From the NCBI GenBank assembly GCA_947311515.1, contig CAMZLB010000031.1:922-64921 (forward strand): a DNA stretch of 64,000 bases. Direction: 5' to 3'. Position 1 is the first letter of the stretch; the number at the start of each line of letters is the position of its first letter. This document shows, piece after piece, positions 1 through 10,535 of the stretch. Source of the stretch: Candidatus Moraniibacteriota bacterium (GTDB taxonomy: Bacteria > Patescibacteriota > Minisyncoccia > Moranbacterales > GCA-2747515). The notes below the pieces were generated by a model. The model saw only the letters and a list, made by a program, of their open reading frames with translations, was not told where the DNA came from and made no database searches. The position numbers and the translations under genes are program-made.

Positions 1-1038
1 TTCACCATCTCTTATTTCACCGACCATTATAACATCAGGATCTTGTCGCAAAATACTACGTAATCCACTCGAAAAAGTATATCCAATCTCTGGCTTAACT
101 TGTGACTGATTTATACCTGGTATAAAGTACTCAACTGGATCTTCTAGTGTTATTATATTTCCATCTTCACCATTCAAAATACTCAAGAAAGCATATAAAG
201 TAGTTGATTTACCTGAACCTGTTGGTCCCGTCATAAGAATCATTCCAAAAGGATCCCTGATATGTTCCATAAACATTTCATACTGAGAACCCATCAAACC
301 TAACTTTTCTAAATCAAATGACTGCCTATCTTTTTCCAATACACGCATAACAATTTTTTCGCCCTCAACTACAGGCAATGTCGATACACGAAAATCAACA
401 GCGCTACCTTTCTCTATTATTCTGAAACGACCATCTTGAGGCTTTCTCTTCTCATCAATTTTAAGTGAAGATAGAATTTTAATTCTAGAAGTTACTGCTC
501 TACCTACGTCAGATGGAAATGTCAATGAAGCATGTAAAATTCCATCAATTCTAAACCTAACTCTGTAAACCTTATCAATTGGTTCTATATGAATATCGGA
601 AGCACCTCCTTCAAGTGCGTGTTTTATAATAACTTGTACAAGTTTTGACACTGGAGCTTCTCTCAAATTTTCTAACGAAGAAGACTCTACGACATTTGAT
701 TTACGACCCTTTACTCCATCCAATAACTCATCTTCTTCTCCTAATGCTTGAACAGCACTTGCAACAGCCTTTTCTGTAGACTTATAAAAACCAAGTAACT
801 CTTCGAGTGTACCTTTATCTACAAGATATGATTCAATGCTTAAATCATCTTTTTGTGCCATAAAACGTAAAATATTCAAGGCATTAAGATCTTGAGGATC
901 TAACATTGCAACTCTAATAACACCTGTTATTTCATCTTTTTCAAAGGCTACCATACCATACTTCTTTGCAATATCTTCTGACATTAATTGTATGATATGA
1001 GATTCAACTTTTTTTGGAGCAACTCTCAAGAACGGCAT
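1..1038 (-). CDS. pilB: Type IV pilus assembly ATPase PilB/GspE family (3' end runs off window; start ATG at 1036-1038)
   Basis: Minus-strand translation gives MPFLRVAPKK... with a GspE N-terminal domain. Walker A motif ILMTGPTGSGKSTT at about 215-260. C-terminal ...IMVGEIRDGE at window edge. Not in ORF table because no stop in window. Confidence 0.85.
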   Translation of the reverse strand, partial: MPFLRVAPKKVESHIIQLMSEDIAKKYGMVAFEKDEITGVIRVAMLDPQDLNALNILRFMAQKDDLSIESYLVDKGTLEELLGFYKSTEKAVASAVQALGEEDELLDGVKGRKSNVVESSSLENLREAPVSKLVQVIIKHALEGGASDIHIEPIDKVYRVRFRIDGILHASLTFPSDVGRAVTSRIKILSSLKIDEKRKPQDGRFRIIEKGSAVDFRVSTLPVVEGEKIVMRVLEKDRQSFDLEKLGLMGSQYEMFMEHIRDPFGMILMTGPTGSGKSTTLYAFLSILNGEDGNIITLEDPVEYFIPGINQSQVKPEIGYTFSSGLRSILRQDPDVIMVGEIRDGE

Positions 1039-1122
1039 ATTTAATTTTTCTGCTCTTTCCCTTAAACTTTCTACATTATTATTTTTTTGTTTTTCTTGAT
1101 TCACAAAATTATTTTTAATTTA

Positions 1123-1827
1123 CTAAGGCATAAATGGATTTTGTCTAGCCTGCACTTGAGCTTCTATATCTATAACTCTATTTACTTTATTTTTAATTTT
1201 TGTAATTTTTGCATAATCAACATCACCCAATATTTTCACATCATTTATATTTCCAACTGATGAACTAGTATTAAAATAATCAAATGACAATGTTAACATT
1301 AATTGATCTGATGTAGTTGTTTCTTTTTCTGAATTTACTTTCATTACTTCAATACTTCCTGCGGTAAATGCATAGAGCCTATTCATAATAAACACTCTTT
1401 CTATAAATTTATATATATTTTCATAAGTACCTGTAACTACCATACTACTTTCTACCTTTTCAATTTTTTTCAAATCTGATTCATCTTCTCTCTTTACTGT
1501 ATTTGTATTTTTGGAATTGAAACTTAGTGACGTTAGAGTGACACCACTTTCTATAGCATGTCTTGATATAATATTTATAAGCTTATCCTCTTCAACCTCT
1601 TTCGGAACAAAATTATTCAGAAATCCCTGTTCCGCTTTATGATTATTTGAATCGCTAATAAATTTTTTTAAAATAGCTAAATCTTTATTTAACTTTGCCT
1701 TTCTATCTTCTTGATTTTTGATCTCTTCCTTAAGTGATGCATTTTCTTTAAAAGTTGGCACAATGAACACAATAGTTGAATATATTGCTATTATTATAAC
1801 AAAAGGAAATAGAATAATTTTACTCAT
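1123..1827 (-). CDS. PilO-like pilus assembly protein (N-terminal TM plus coiled coil)
   Basis: 234 aa. N-terminal TM helix MSKIILFPFVIIIAIYSTIVFIV, followed by coiled-coil region. Sits between the PilN-like ORF and pilB in the same minus-strand operon. Confidence 0.4.
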   Translation of the reverse strand: MSKIILFPFVIIIAIYSTIVFIVPTFKENASLKEEIKNQEDRKAKLNKDLAILKKFISDSNNHKAEQGFLNNFVPKEVEEDKLINIISRHAIESGVTLTSLSFNSKNTNTVKREDESDLKKIEKVESSMVVTGTYENIYKFIERVFIMNRLYAFTAGSIEVMKVNSEKETTTSDQLMLTLSFDYFNTSSSVGNINDVKILGDVDYAKITKIKNKVNRVIDIEAQVQARQNPFMP

Positions 1828-2016
1828 AATTTAATTGATATTGATTATTTATTTGAATAATTTCTTTATTGAACTTATCCCTAATTAAACTTGATGAATT
1901 TTTACTACAGTGTTGTTAAAAAAGTCTAGAAATACCGCAGTATTAGTAACATTTTTTTTAACAAGCTATAATAAAAATTAATACACTTAATTTAAGACTT
2001 GTTTAGAGATTAGTTA

Positions 2017-2607
2017 TTATACGCCAAAAGGTCGTTTGTCAGATCCAACTTCTCTCAAAATTAACTCTGCCGAAAAAACCTTTCTACCAGTCTCTTCATC
2101 AACACTGATGTCCGATACACTCACCTTACTAAAAGTCTCATTATTCTTCCATGAACGAACCTGTGCAGCTAATACATCATCAGTTTCTGCATCTCCTGTA
2201 ATCATTATCATCTGTCCGCCAATATCTGAATCATTCATGTTTTTGTCTTCTGCGTACTCCAATGAAATTAATACAACTCTTGGAACCATCCCATTTCCTA
2301 ACTCAGTTAATATTTTTTCCAATCCTTGCTGTTTATGCAAAAAATACTCCACAGCTAAAACAGAAAAAGCCTTCTGAGAATTTTCTGCGAGACCTTTTTT
2401 GATTTGAGTTTCTATGTCTTCCGCTTCCTTAATTACACCAGCCAACTTTACTTCAGTTTGTTTTTTTATATAAAATGCAACACCATAAGTTGCTACCACA
2501 CTCACCAAAACCACAAACGCAAACACTAAACTAGCTGAAGCAAGTTTAGTTTTTCTATATTTTACTTTATCAGAATTAGGACTTCTAAAACTTACACCTG
2601 ATGCCAT
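2017..2607 (-). CDS. PilN-like fimbrial assembly protein
   Basis: 196 aa. Short cytoplasmic N-terminus, single TM (LVFAFVVLVSVVATYGVAFYI), periplasmic domain. Downstream of pilM on the same strand. Confidence 0.4.
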   Translation of the reverse strand: MASGVSFRSPNSDKVKYRKTKLASASLVFAFVVLVSVVATYGVAFYIKKQTEVKLAGVIKEAEDIETQIKKGLAENSQKAFSVLAVEYFLHKQQGLEKILTELGNGMVPRVVLISLEYAEDKNMNDSDIGGQMIMITGDAETDDVLAAQVRSWKNNETFSKVSVSDISVDEETGRKVFSAELILREVGSDKRPFGV

Positions 2608-3088
2608 ATACTTTTATTTATTTTAAAAATTATACCCAGAAATATTATTAATTTAACATATTATCGCAAAACTATAAAGTGACCAAGTCTTGCTATAGCT
2701 AATCACTAAAAAAATAATAAATTTTTTCTTATCTATATAATACCACACTTTTAGATTTAAAAAAACCTTAGAATTATCTCAATTATTTATCATTAAGATG
2801 AATTCTCTTTCTTAAACTTAGCAAAATGATTTTCATATTAAAAACGATCCTTGATATTTTATTATTCACATTTTCAATAGATAAATCATATTTTTTGATA
2901 ATATCCGTGCCACTGATGTTCCTCCTATACCAGCATCATTCCAATCAAAGTCTAATTTTTTTACTACTTTTTAAATGCCTAATTCACTTTTACCTTATAT
3001 TTCAATACATGTTTCACAAAAAGGTCGTGTATTTATAATTATCTCAATATTATCTAAATTCCCAAATTTCACGTTCAGTCTCTTGAAA

Positions 3089-3292
3089 TTATTTTTCTTT
3101 TAATCCTAAATCTATTGCAAAACAACAAGCTTTTTGAAAATCTAAAACTTCTATTCCTGATTCCTTTTTATAACTGTCTAAATAGCTAATCTTTAAAGCC
3201 ATTGTTATCTTATCATTTCCTTCATCTTTCACTCTAGCATATTTATAATTAGCATCAATATTGATCAGAGGCAAAAATATCATTCTTTTCAT
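3089..3292 (-). CDS. Hypothetical small protein (67 aa) in pilM-pilN gap
   Basis: ORF only; no recognisable motif. Confidence 0.15.
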   Translation of the reverse strand: MKRMIFLPLINIDANYKYARVKDEGNDKITMALKISYLDSYKKESGIEVLDFQKACCFAIDLGLKEK

Positions 3293-3401
3293 GAAAATTT
3301 GAAACTTTGTTTTTTTTACACAGACCTTACTTAATTTTCTTCTGACATCTTCTTTATCTATATTGAAAAATTTAACCTCATATTCTATGTGTATAGTATT
3401 T

Positions 3402-4448
3402 TTATTTATCTAATCCATGTAATGCTAGCCCAGCTGCAACACAATACGAAGAATCTAAAACTATAGGATTTCCTGATTTATCTTTAAATGTACTTTTTAT
3501 ATATTTCATAGGATCAGCTAAATTTACAGGAGAACCAAGTTCTCTTTCTAAGTAACTATCTATCCCTTTCATTTTAGAGGAACCTCCTGCAATAATAGTT
3601 TCATCCAAAAAATCAATATTTTGTATTTTTTTCATACGATTTATCTCAGATACTATATAATCAATTGATGGAAATTCTAAAGATGTTACTCCCTCCAAAA
3701 GATTCTTATCTGATTCCTTCATCTCACGTGCTCTTTTGGATGAAATTTTCATATTATCTGCGATAGAATTAGTTAAATCAATACCTCCTATATCAATATT
3801 TCTATTAACTCGAACTATTCCATTCACAAGCAATACTAAATTCGTAGTTTTTGCACCAATATCAGCAAGCATCAATACCTTTTTTCCACTATTTTTTGCT
3901 AAAATTCTTGAAAGTGAAAAAGTTTCTAACTCTAATAACTCAACATCTAAATTCGTACCTTTCAGCAAATTATCATAATACGAAACTTCTGTCTTTGGAG
4001 CTGCTACCAAAAGAACTTTCATAGTATTTTTATTAGTCTTTTCTTCATCATTTTCTAAGCTTTCTATAATTTCCCAACTTACATTTACATCATCTAATGG
4101 CATAGGAATATGTTTTACAGACTCATATTTAATAGCTTTTGCTAATTCTTCTTCTGTCATTTTTGGAAAATCCACCATCATTACAAGTCCATTGAATGCA
4201 GGTATAGCGACGCTAACTTTTTTTGAATGTAGCTTTAATTTACTCAATAAAGCCTCCAGTCCTTCTTTTAATAAAACTGAATAATCATTATCACGATCTA
4301 GAAGACTTTTTTTTGCTTTATCCAAAATAACTTGACCATAATTAACCAAGTTAGCTTTTCCTTTTACAATTCTTATCTCAACAACTTTAATACTACGAGT
4401 ACCAAAGTCTATTCCTAAAAAATATTCGCCATTAGAGCCAAAAAACAT
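3402..4448 (-). CDS. pilM: Type IV pilus assembly protein PilM (actin-like ATPase fold)
   Basis: N-terminus MFFGSNGEYFLGIDFGTRSIKVVEI matches the PilM/FtsA-like phosphate-1 motif. 348 aa. First gene of the pil cluster. Confidence 0.8.
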   Translation of the reverse strand: MFFGSNGEYFLGIDFGTRSIKVVEIRIVKGKANLVNYGQVILDKAKKSLLDRDNDYSVLLKEGLEALLSKLKLHSKKVSVAIPAFNGLVMMVDFPKMTEEELAKAIKYESVKHIPMPLDDVNVSWEIIESLENDEEKTNKNTMKVLLVAAPKTEVSYYDNLLKGTNLDVELLELETFSLSRILAKNSGKKVLMLADIGAKTTNLVLLVNGIVRVNRNIDIGGIDLTNSIADNMKISSKRAREMKESDKNLLEGVTSLEFPSIDYIVSEINRMKKIQNIDFLDETIIAGGSSKMKGIDSYLERELGSPVNLADPMKYIKSTFKDKSGNPIVLDSSYCVAAGLALHGLDK

Positions 4449-4536
4449 ACACTATATAGAAAGAAATTAAATTTATTTTTCATCATCATTTAAATTCAGT
4501 ATACCATAGAAATAACTCTATACAAAAAAACTATTT

Positions 4537-5817
4537 TTACTTACTTTTTACATTAGCTATATCTTCAAATTTACTTTTCATAGTTGGATTTCCTCGTGTT
4601 ACTTTTTTTATAGTCAAGGTCTCCGCTTTAGCATTAGCAAGACGAAGATTATTTTCTGATGACCATAAAGCATCTTTTGTTTTTTGTAAATGATTTATAG
4701 TTTTATCTATTTCATCGATAGCTGTTTTGAATTTACGACTTGCTAGATCATAATTTTTTGCAAACCCTTCTTTAAATTTATTCATATTATCCTCAAAGTC
4801 ACTAATATCAATATTCTGATTTCTTACTAAAGCGAGTTCAACCTTGTATTTTAGCGAATTTAAGGCAGCATCACGAAGTATCGTAATGATTGGAATAAAA
4901 AACTGCGGTCTAATTACATACATTTTTGGGTACTTATAAGAAACATCAACTATACCGGAATTGTAAAGTTCACTTTCTATTTCCAATAGAGAAACAAGTA
5001 CTGCATATTCACATTTTTTATTTATTCTATCTTTATTGAGTTTTTGTAGAAAATCTTCATTTTTCTTCTTATTCAAAGTTTTTTCTTCTTCATTTTTCAT
5101 TTCAAACATTATAGAAATAATTTCATTTCCTGATTCATCAGTTTCACGATAAATATAGTCACCCTTATTTCCACCACTAACATCATTATCCTTTTCAAAA
5201 TAGGAATTTTGAAAAGCAGTCGCACGGAGCTTATTAAATTCAGTTTCACAGTGTTGTTCAAGTGTTTCACCGATCATTTTTGTAGAAAGCTTAAGTTTCA
5301 TGTCCTTACGAAGAGCAATTTCTTCATCTCTTGCTTTGATTATTTCATCTTTTGCTTTAATTTTTGCAAAAAACTTTTCCTCTATAGATTTCTCCAATAA
5401 TTTTTTCTCTATTTCTTTATTTCTTAATTCACTAATTAACTTATCTCGTTCTTTTTCTATTTTTATTGTAGCTTGTATTATATCAATTTTTTTTTCTGCA
5501 TTAACTTTATCAAGTTTTGAATTTAATTCAGAAATTTCAATATTTTTTCTTGTTATTTCTCCATTTAATTCATCTTTTAATTTAGAGTGTAGATTTGATA
5601 TTTCTAAATCTTTTTTTGCAATTTTTTCTTGTAACTTATTCTCAAGGTTAACTCTTAAGAGTTTAATTTCACTATCTTTCTCTTTTTCTATAGATTTTAA
5701 TCTATCATGAATTTCTTCACTAAATTGACTATCACGAACTTGTTTTACTATGCTAGCAAAGTCAGTTTCATCAATTTTGAAAAGCTTCTTACAATGTGGA
5801 CATTTTATATCTTTCAT
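4537..5817 (-). CDS. DUF2130-like protein: N-terminal CxxC zinc-ribbon, long coiled coil, conserved C-terminal domain
   Basis: [29 protein letters not shown] at the N-terminus. About 150 aa of K/E-rich heptads. C-terminal block ...[11 protein letters not shown]...[13 protein letters not shown]... recalled as DUF2130-type. Confidence 0.4.
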   Translation of the reverse strand: MKDIKCPHCKKLFKIDETDFASIVKQVRDSQFSEEIHDRLKSIEKEKDSEIKLLRVNLENKLQEKIAKKDLEISNLHSKLKDELNGEITRKNIEISELNSKLDKVNAEKKIDIIQATIKIEKERDKLISELRNKEIEKKLLEKSIEEKFFAKIKAKDEIIKARDEEIALRKDMKLKLSTKMIGETLEQHCETEFNKLRATAFQNSYFEKDNDVSGGNKGDYIYRETDESGNEIISIMFEMKNEEEKTLNKKKNEDFLQKLNKDRINKKCEYAVLVSLLEIESELYNSGIVDVSYKYPKMYVIRPQFFIPIITILRDAALNSLKYKVELALVRNQNIDISDFEDNMNKFKEGFAKNYDLASRKFKTAIDEIDKTINHLQKTKDALWSSENNLRLANAKAETLTIKKVTRGNPTMKSKFEDIANVKSK

Positions 5818-5929
5818 ACCTTTTTAGTTTAATTTAATTTATTATATCATAAATATTACTTTAAATTATATTCATAAAAAATTGAAAAATGAGTATTGCA
5901 TAATTCATGCTAAATAGACTTTAAAAACA

Positions 5930-6619
5930 TTATAAATGTTCTTTACTAATAATATTCCAAAGAATTGTATCTAAGTGTAATTCTGGGACATTTAATTTAA
6001 ATGAAATAGTTTTGTAAAAATCTTTAATATTTACTTTAGAATTTTTATTAAATTTTTTATATATTTTTATAAGTCTACTATCTATCGGAATCCCTAAAGA
6101 AGTTGGAAAAATTTCATTATAATTAAAAACATTTCTAGCGGAATAAGAAAACATTTTAACAGCAAAAACAATAGTTTTTGCATCTTTTTTTTGTTTCATT
6201 ACTTTTGATAGATCCAATGCAAAAATATCCATATTTTTATAGTAAAATTCGAATGCTTTATTATTTAACATAGAATAATTATCTATAAATTTATCTATTC
6301 TTTTAATTTTAATATTTACTAATCTTTTATTATTTTTAGAATTAGTTAAAAAAATAATCAAAACCTCTTTTACTTGCTGTAATGTATTCACATCCTTATC
6401 CTTTGTGTACTTATAAAATTCTTCCCAATAATCCTCACCATTTCCAGATAATTGATAACAAATAAGTGCATTTAAAATTACTAACTGAAAATATATTTTA
6501 TTTTTGAAGTTTTTTTCTTCGTATAATTTATTTACAGCTATAAATTGTCTATCAGATTTTTCAATTTTTAATATTTCGTTTAAAGAGTATTCTTTGAGAA
6601 TTTTATATAATTGTTCCAT
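5930..6619 (-). CDS. Possible AGOG-family N-glycosylase/DNA lyase-like protein (HhH)
   Basis: 229 aa, all-helical character. Candidate catalytic Lys (AVKMFSYSAR) about 27 aa before LGIPIDSRL (HhH-Asp-like). Assignment from memory, unverified. Confidence 0.3.
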   Translation of the reverse strand: MEQLYKILKEYSLNEILKIEKSDRQFIAVNKLYEEKNFKNKIYFQLVILNALICYQLSGNGEDYWEEFYKYTKDKDVNTLQQVKEVLIIFLTNSKNNKRLVNIKIKRIDKFIDNYSMLNNKAFEFYYKNMDIFALDLSKVMKQKKDAKTIVFAVKMFSYSARNVFNYNEIFPTSLGIPIDSRLIKIYKKFNKNSKVNIKDFYKTISFKLNVPELHLDTILWNIISKEHL

Positions 6620-6694
6620 TTTTGCAAAATTAAAATTAAAGACAGACTCTGTAAAGTATGTTAATATAGATATATAATATATTATTTTACTAGT

Positions 6695-8395
6695 ATGAAA
6701 TCAATAAGGCAAGTTTTACTTATTATCTTTGTTATAATTTTTCTACCCTATTATTCTTATGCACAAGAACGAATAATAAAATTTGATGTTGATATAACAA
6801 TGAATCCTAATTCAAATATAGATATAACAGAAACGATAAAGTACGACTTTTCTATACAAAAAAAACATGGAATATACAGAACTATTCCTGTTAAATACAA
6901 AACTGACTTAGGACTAAGAAGAAACCTAAAAATAAAAAATATTTCCGTAGTTGATGAAATGGGTAACTCCTATAATTTTAAAAAAATTAATGATGGTAAT
7001 AACATTAAAATACGTATAGGTGACGCCGATAAAACAATAACAGGAACTCATACTTATGAAATATCTTATACTATACTCGGTGCTATCAATTACTTTGACA
7101 ATCATGATGAGCTTTACTGGAACATTACTGGAAATAATTGGGATCTTCCAATTGATTCTGTGAGTGCAATGATTCATTCTTCCGGAATTGAAAAAATTGA
7201 ATGTTATAAAGGGACTGAAAATAGCAAGGAAACTTGTAATAAAAAGTTTTTTAATGAAACTTATGCAGATTTTAAAGATTTAGATTTTTCTCCTAATGAG
7301 GGAATGACAATTGTAGTAGGTATATCCAAAGGAATCATACAAGAAATGACTACTATTGAAAAAATATTGCAGTTTTTACTTAATAATTCACTCGAACTTC
7401 TATTTCCTATTGTTACAATTATTGCTCTATTTACTCACTGGTGGAAATTTGGACGAGACTTTAAATCTGACAAATCTATAGTTCCTACATGGGAAATTCC
7501 AAATAATTTACGACCTGGTGAACTTGGTATAATAATTGATGAAACTTTTGACTCAGAAGATTTTTCTTCCATTGTAATTGACTTAGCTGTGCGTGGCTAT
7601 ATCACTATAAAACAAATAAATACTAGTGTTTTATTTTTAAAATCATCCGACTATGAATTAACTTTATTAAAAAATAATTCTGATATATATTCAGATAATT
7701 CACTAGAACAATATGAGCGAGACTTCTTAGTAGCATTTTTTGGTAGTCAAAAAAAAGTCTTAATTTCGAGTAAAAAACAGAAATTTAGCAAAACATATCA
7801 AAAGTTAACATCACAAGTTTATGAAAAAATTAGTGGAAATTACTTCACAAAGAATCCTAAAAAAGTTGCTTTAAAGTATGGGTTTTATGGTATAATTTTT
7901 ATAGTTTTTATAAGTATAATTGGTAGTATATTCAATAATTTAATCCTGATAATAACTGGCTGGCTTGGAGGAACTTTTATAATCATAGGATATGGAAAAC
8001 TGATGATAAGAAGAACCCACAAGGGAACTGAAACAAGAGATCAAATAGAAGGACTTAGGATGTATCTCAAAACTGCCGAAAAAAGACAATTAGAATTCTT
8101 AAATGCCCCAGAAAAAAATGCAAAGCATTTTGAAGAAATGTTACCATATGCAGTAGCACTAGGCGTTACAAAAGAATGGGGAGAACAATTTAATGATTTA
8201 ATACAAAAAGAACCTAAATGGTTGAATAATGGCGCTAACGATTTTAATGCATCAACATTTGGCTCTGCTATGTATAATTTTACTAAATCAAGCTCTAGTT
8301 CCTTAAGTTCTTCCAAGGCTTCTAGTAGCGGAAGTGGCTTCTCTGGCGGTAGTTCAGGTGGAGGTTTTGGTGGTGGAGGTGGTGGTAGCTGGTAA
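6695..8395 (+). CDS. DUF2207-family membrane protein with Gly/Ser-rich C-terminal tail
   Basis: Signal/TM MKSIRQVLLIIFVIIFLPYYSYAQ. Large extracytoplasmic N-terminal domain, central TM helices. C-terminus SSSSLSSSKASSSGSGFSGGSSGGGFGGGGGGSW is typical of DUF2207. Confidence 0.55.
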   Translation: MKSIRQVLLIIFVIIFLPYYSYAQERIIKFDVDITMNPNSNIDITETIKYDFSIQKKHGIYRTIPVKYKTDLGLRRNLKIKNISVVDEMGNSYNFKKINDGNNIKIRIGDADKTITGTHTYEISYTILGAINYFDNHDELYWNITGNNWDLPIDSVSAMIHSSGIEKIECYKGTENSKETCNKKFFNETYADFKDLDFSPNEGMTIVVGISKGIIQEMTTIEKILQFLLNNSLELLFPIVTIIALFTHWWKFGRDFKSDKSIVPTWEIPNNLRPGELGIIIDETFDSEDFSSIVIDLAVRGYITIKQINTSVLFLKSSDYELTLLKNNSDIYSDNSLEQYERDFLVAFFGSQKKVLISSKKQKFSKTYQKLTSQVYEKISGNYFTKNPKKVALKYGFYGIIFIVFISIIGSIFNNLILIITGWLGGTFIIIGYGKLMIRRTHKGTETRDQIEGLRMYLKTAEKRQLEFLNAPEKNAKHFEEMLPYAVALGVTKEWGEQFNDLIQKEPKWLNNGANDFNASTFGSAMYNFTKSSSSSLSSSKASSSGSGFSGGSSGGGFGGGGGGSW

Positions 8396-8836
8396 TTATA
8401 ACTATTATTTTATAACATTACTACTATCAATTCATAACAATTTAGTTGTTAAATTTATTTAAAAGATTTTTAATGTTACTACTTAAAAAACATCATTTTT
8501 AACTTTATTATTAATAGAGTGCGGATAATGCTATGAAGATAAAATTATATTTTAAAAAATCACTCTAACAAGTTTTCAGAAAAAAACTTTTACAAAATTA
8601 ACTTTGAAAGAAACCAAGGATTCGCTATGGAAGTAAGACTTTCAACAAAAGGATTGAATATACTAGAAACATATATAAAAGTGTTTGTAATAAATAAAAA
8701 AAGTTATAAAAAAAGAAAAACATTACAAATCAACATTCTGCTAAATTTAAAATATAAAAAAAGTAAAATACAATCAATAAAAACACCTATACTGCAGGTG
8801 GCTATAATTTAATAGTTTGTGTAACTTATACTTTCG

Positions 8837-9145
8837 TTAATGTGGTAACATATCAATATTTCCTACATATATCGTAAACATACAACCCCCAAATAAAAGC
8901 AAAGGGATTCCTATGCTTCCTATCAAGAATCCAATTAGTATATATTTTGTATCTGCTCTATTATAGATAATTATAATCAAAAAAGGTATAGCTAACACAA
9001 TCAATATAGGAAGAAATAAAAATGATATCCAAAGTGGTATTGAAATTAGTATTCCTAATATTAGGTATTTACGTTTTTTGTACCTAAGATTTAAATCATT
9101 TGATTTATTATCTATATTTTTTCTATCTATCTCTTTATTTTTCAT
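8837..9145 (-). CDS. Small integral membrane protein (102 aa), last gene of the rSAM-MTase-lgt operon
   Basis: Basic N-terminus then 2-3 TM helices. 19 nt downstream of lgt. Confidence 0.3.
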   Translation of the reverse strand: MKNKEIDRKNIDNKSNDLNLRYKKRKYLILGILISIPLWISFLFLPILIVLAIPFLIIIIYNRADTKYILIGFLIGSIGIPLLLFGGCMFTIYVGNIDMLPH

Positions 9146-9164
9146 ACTTTTATTATAACATAAC

Positions 9165-9941
9165 TCAAGCTAAAAAACACTTTGCGATTCTTTTTTTTAT
9201 AAAAACAAAATATATAATTATACAAAAAGACAATAGTTGAAATAAGGTTAAATTAAAAAATATTCTTGGCTCAACTCTAATAAACTCAATAAAAAATCTA
9301 TAAGAAAAATAATATATCATGAACATATCAAATAATTCACCATCTTTTGAATTATTTCTCAGCTTTATATTAATAACAACAAACATTAATAATAAAAATA
9401 CTATTTCATAAATTTGTGTTGGATGTCTCGATACACCATCACCAAAATCAACTCCCCACGGCAATTTTGTTTGCACACCGTAACAACACCCCCTCAAATA
9501 ACATCCTACTCTACCTATACCTATGCCAGCAATTATTCCTGGTACAATATTATTACCCAATCTATATTTTATTCCAATTTTATTTTTAATATAAAAAACT
9601 GCCAAAGTTCCGCCAATTAAACCACCAACTATAGTACGTCCCGAAATAATTATCCCTATATTTCCTTGAAAATTATTAATAATTTCTGGAAAATAATAAA
9701 TCCAAATAGGAATCTTTGCACCAACTATACCACCCAAAATACCAAAAAGAACTATTTCAAATAAATATTCATGTTTATATTTATCTTTATTACGAGTGTA
9801 AAAAAAAGTTATTATTATTCCTAATATTATTCCAAGAGAAACAAAAAAAGCATATGATTGTACAGTATAACTTCCTATGTGAAAAAGTTCCGGTCTAATT
9901 CCCCACCCTTCAATGTGTTCGTGATTATGTAAATCAATCAT
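9165..9941 (-). CDS. lgt: Prolipoprotein diacylglyceryl transferase
   Basis: GRVGCYLRGCCYG, PWGVDFGDGVSRHPTQIYE (Lgt signature HPTQxYE). Polytopic membrane protein, 258 aa. Confidence 0.85.
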   Translation of the reverse strand: MIDLHNHEHIEGWGIRPELFHIGSYTVQSYAFFVSLGIILGIIITFFYTRNKDKYKHEYLFEIVLFGILGGIVGAKIPIWIYYFPEIINNFQGNIGIIISGRTIVGGLIGGTLAVFYIKNKIGIKYRLGNNIVPGIIAGIGIGRVGCYLRGCCYGVQTKLPWGVDFGDGVSRHPTQIYEIVFLLLMFVVINIKLRNNSKDGELFDMFMIYYFSYRFFIEFIRVEPRIFFNLTLFQLLSFCIIIYFVFIKKRIAKCFLA

Positions 9942-10531
9942 TTTTTATTAATTTTAATTAAATTAGGAAAAAACATACCAACTTCTTTTGTGTATTGATT
10001 ATAATCTTCAAAATTAACTTTTAAAAGTTTTTCTTCTTGTTTAGCTCTATAAAACATAAAAGGAATAAAAACTATAGTTGTTAATATAAATACCAAATAA
10101 TTTGAATATATCATACTAGAAGCATAAAACATCCATATAATTGAAGCGTATAAGGGATGCCTAACAATTTTATATGGACCTGTTGTTACTAAATTATGAT
10201 TTTTATATATTTTTATTTGATTTGCCCAATTTTTACCAAGATAATGTCTACCCCAAATATTAAACCACGTTCCAAAAACCATAAGTATCAATCCTATGAC
10301 TACCTGATATATTGTAGTATATTCAAAAGATCCTATTTTAAAACGTAAAAATAAATAAATCAAAATAAAAAATATAGTCATACTACCTGTTTCCACTATA
10401 CTACTTTTTTCTTTTTTGACTTTATTTTTATATTGAGAATAATCCATAAAATTAAATAGTATAGCCAAAAAAATAACAAAAATACAAAAACCAACGATAA
10501 AATTAATGATTATAACACTTTGTATTATCAT
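9938..10531 (-). CDS. ICMT/PEMT-family membrane methyltransferase (isoprenylcysteine carboxyl methyltransferase-like)
   Basis: LVTTGPYKIVRHPLYASII ... EEKLL...FEDYNQY matches the ICMT/phospholipid-methyltransferase C-terminal motif. 5-6 TM helices. ATGA 4-nt overlap with lgt. Confidence 0.65.
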   Translation of the reverse strand: MIIQSVIIINFIVGFCIFVIFLAILFNFMDYSQYKNKVKKEKSSIVETGSMTIFFILIYLFLRFKIGSFEYTTIYQVVIGLILMVFGTWFNIWGRHYLGKNWANQIKIYKNHNLVTTGPYKIVRHPLYASIIWMFYASSMIYSNYLVFILTTIVFIPFMFYRAKQEEKLLKVNFEDYNQYTKEVGMFFPNLIKINKK

Positions 10532-10535
10532 ATAA

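Noticed and set aside
2036-2377. 113-aa plus-strand ORF inside the PilN-like gene. Similar antisense ORFs occur at 3736-3978, 5209-5710, 15328-15720, 16591-16839, 41518-41847, 43499-43780, 49158-49424 and 54603-54932.
   Set aside because: Low-complexity S/F/L-rich translations antisense to well-supported genes. Typical AT-rich shadow ORFs.
8627-8812. 61-aa ORF in DUF2207-lgt intergenic region
   Set aside because: Lys/Asn-rich low complexity, no RBS context. Probably noncoding.
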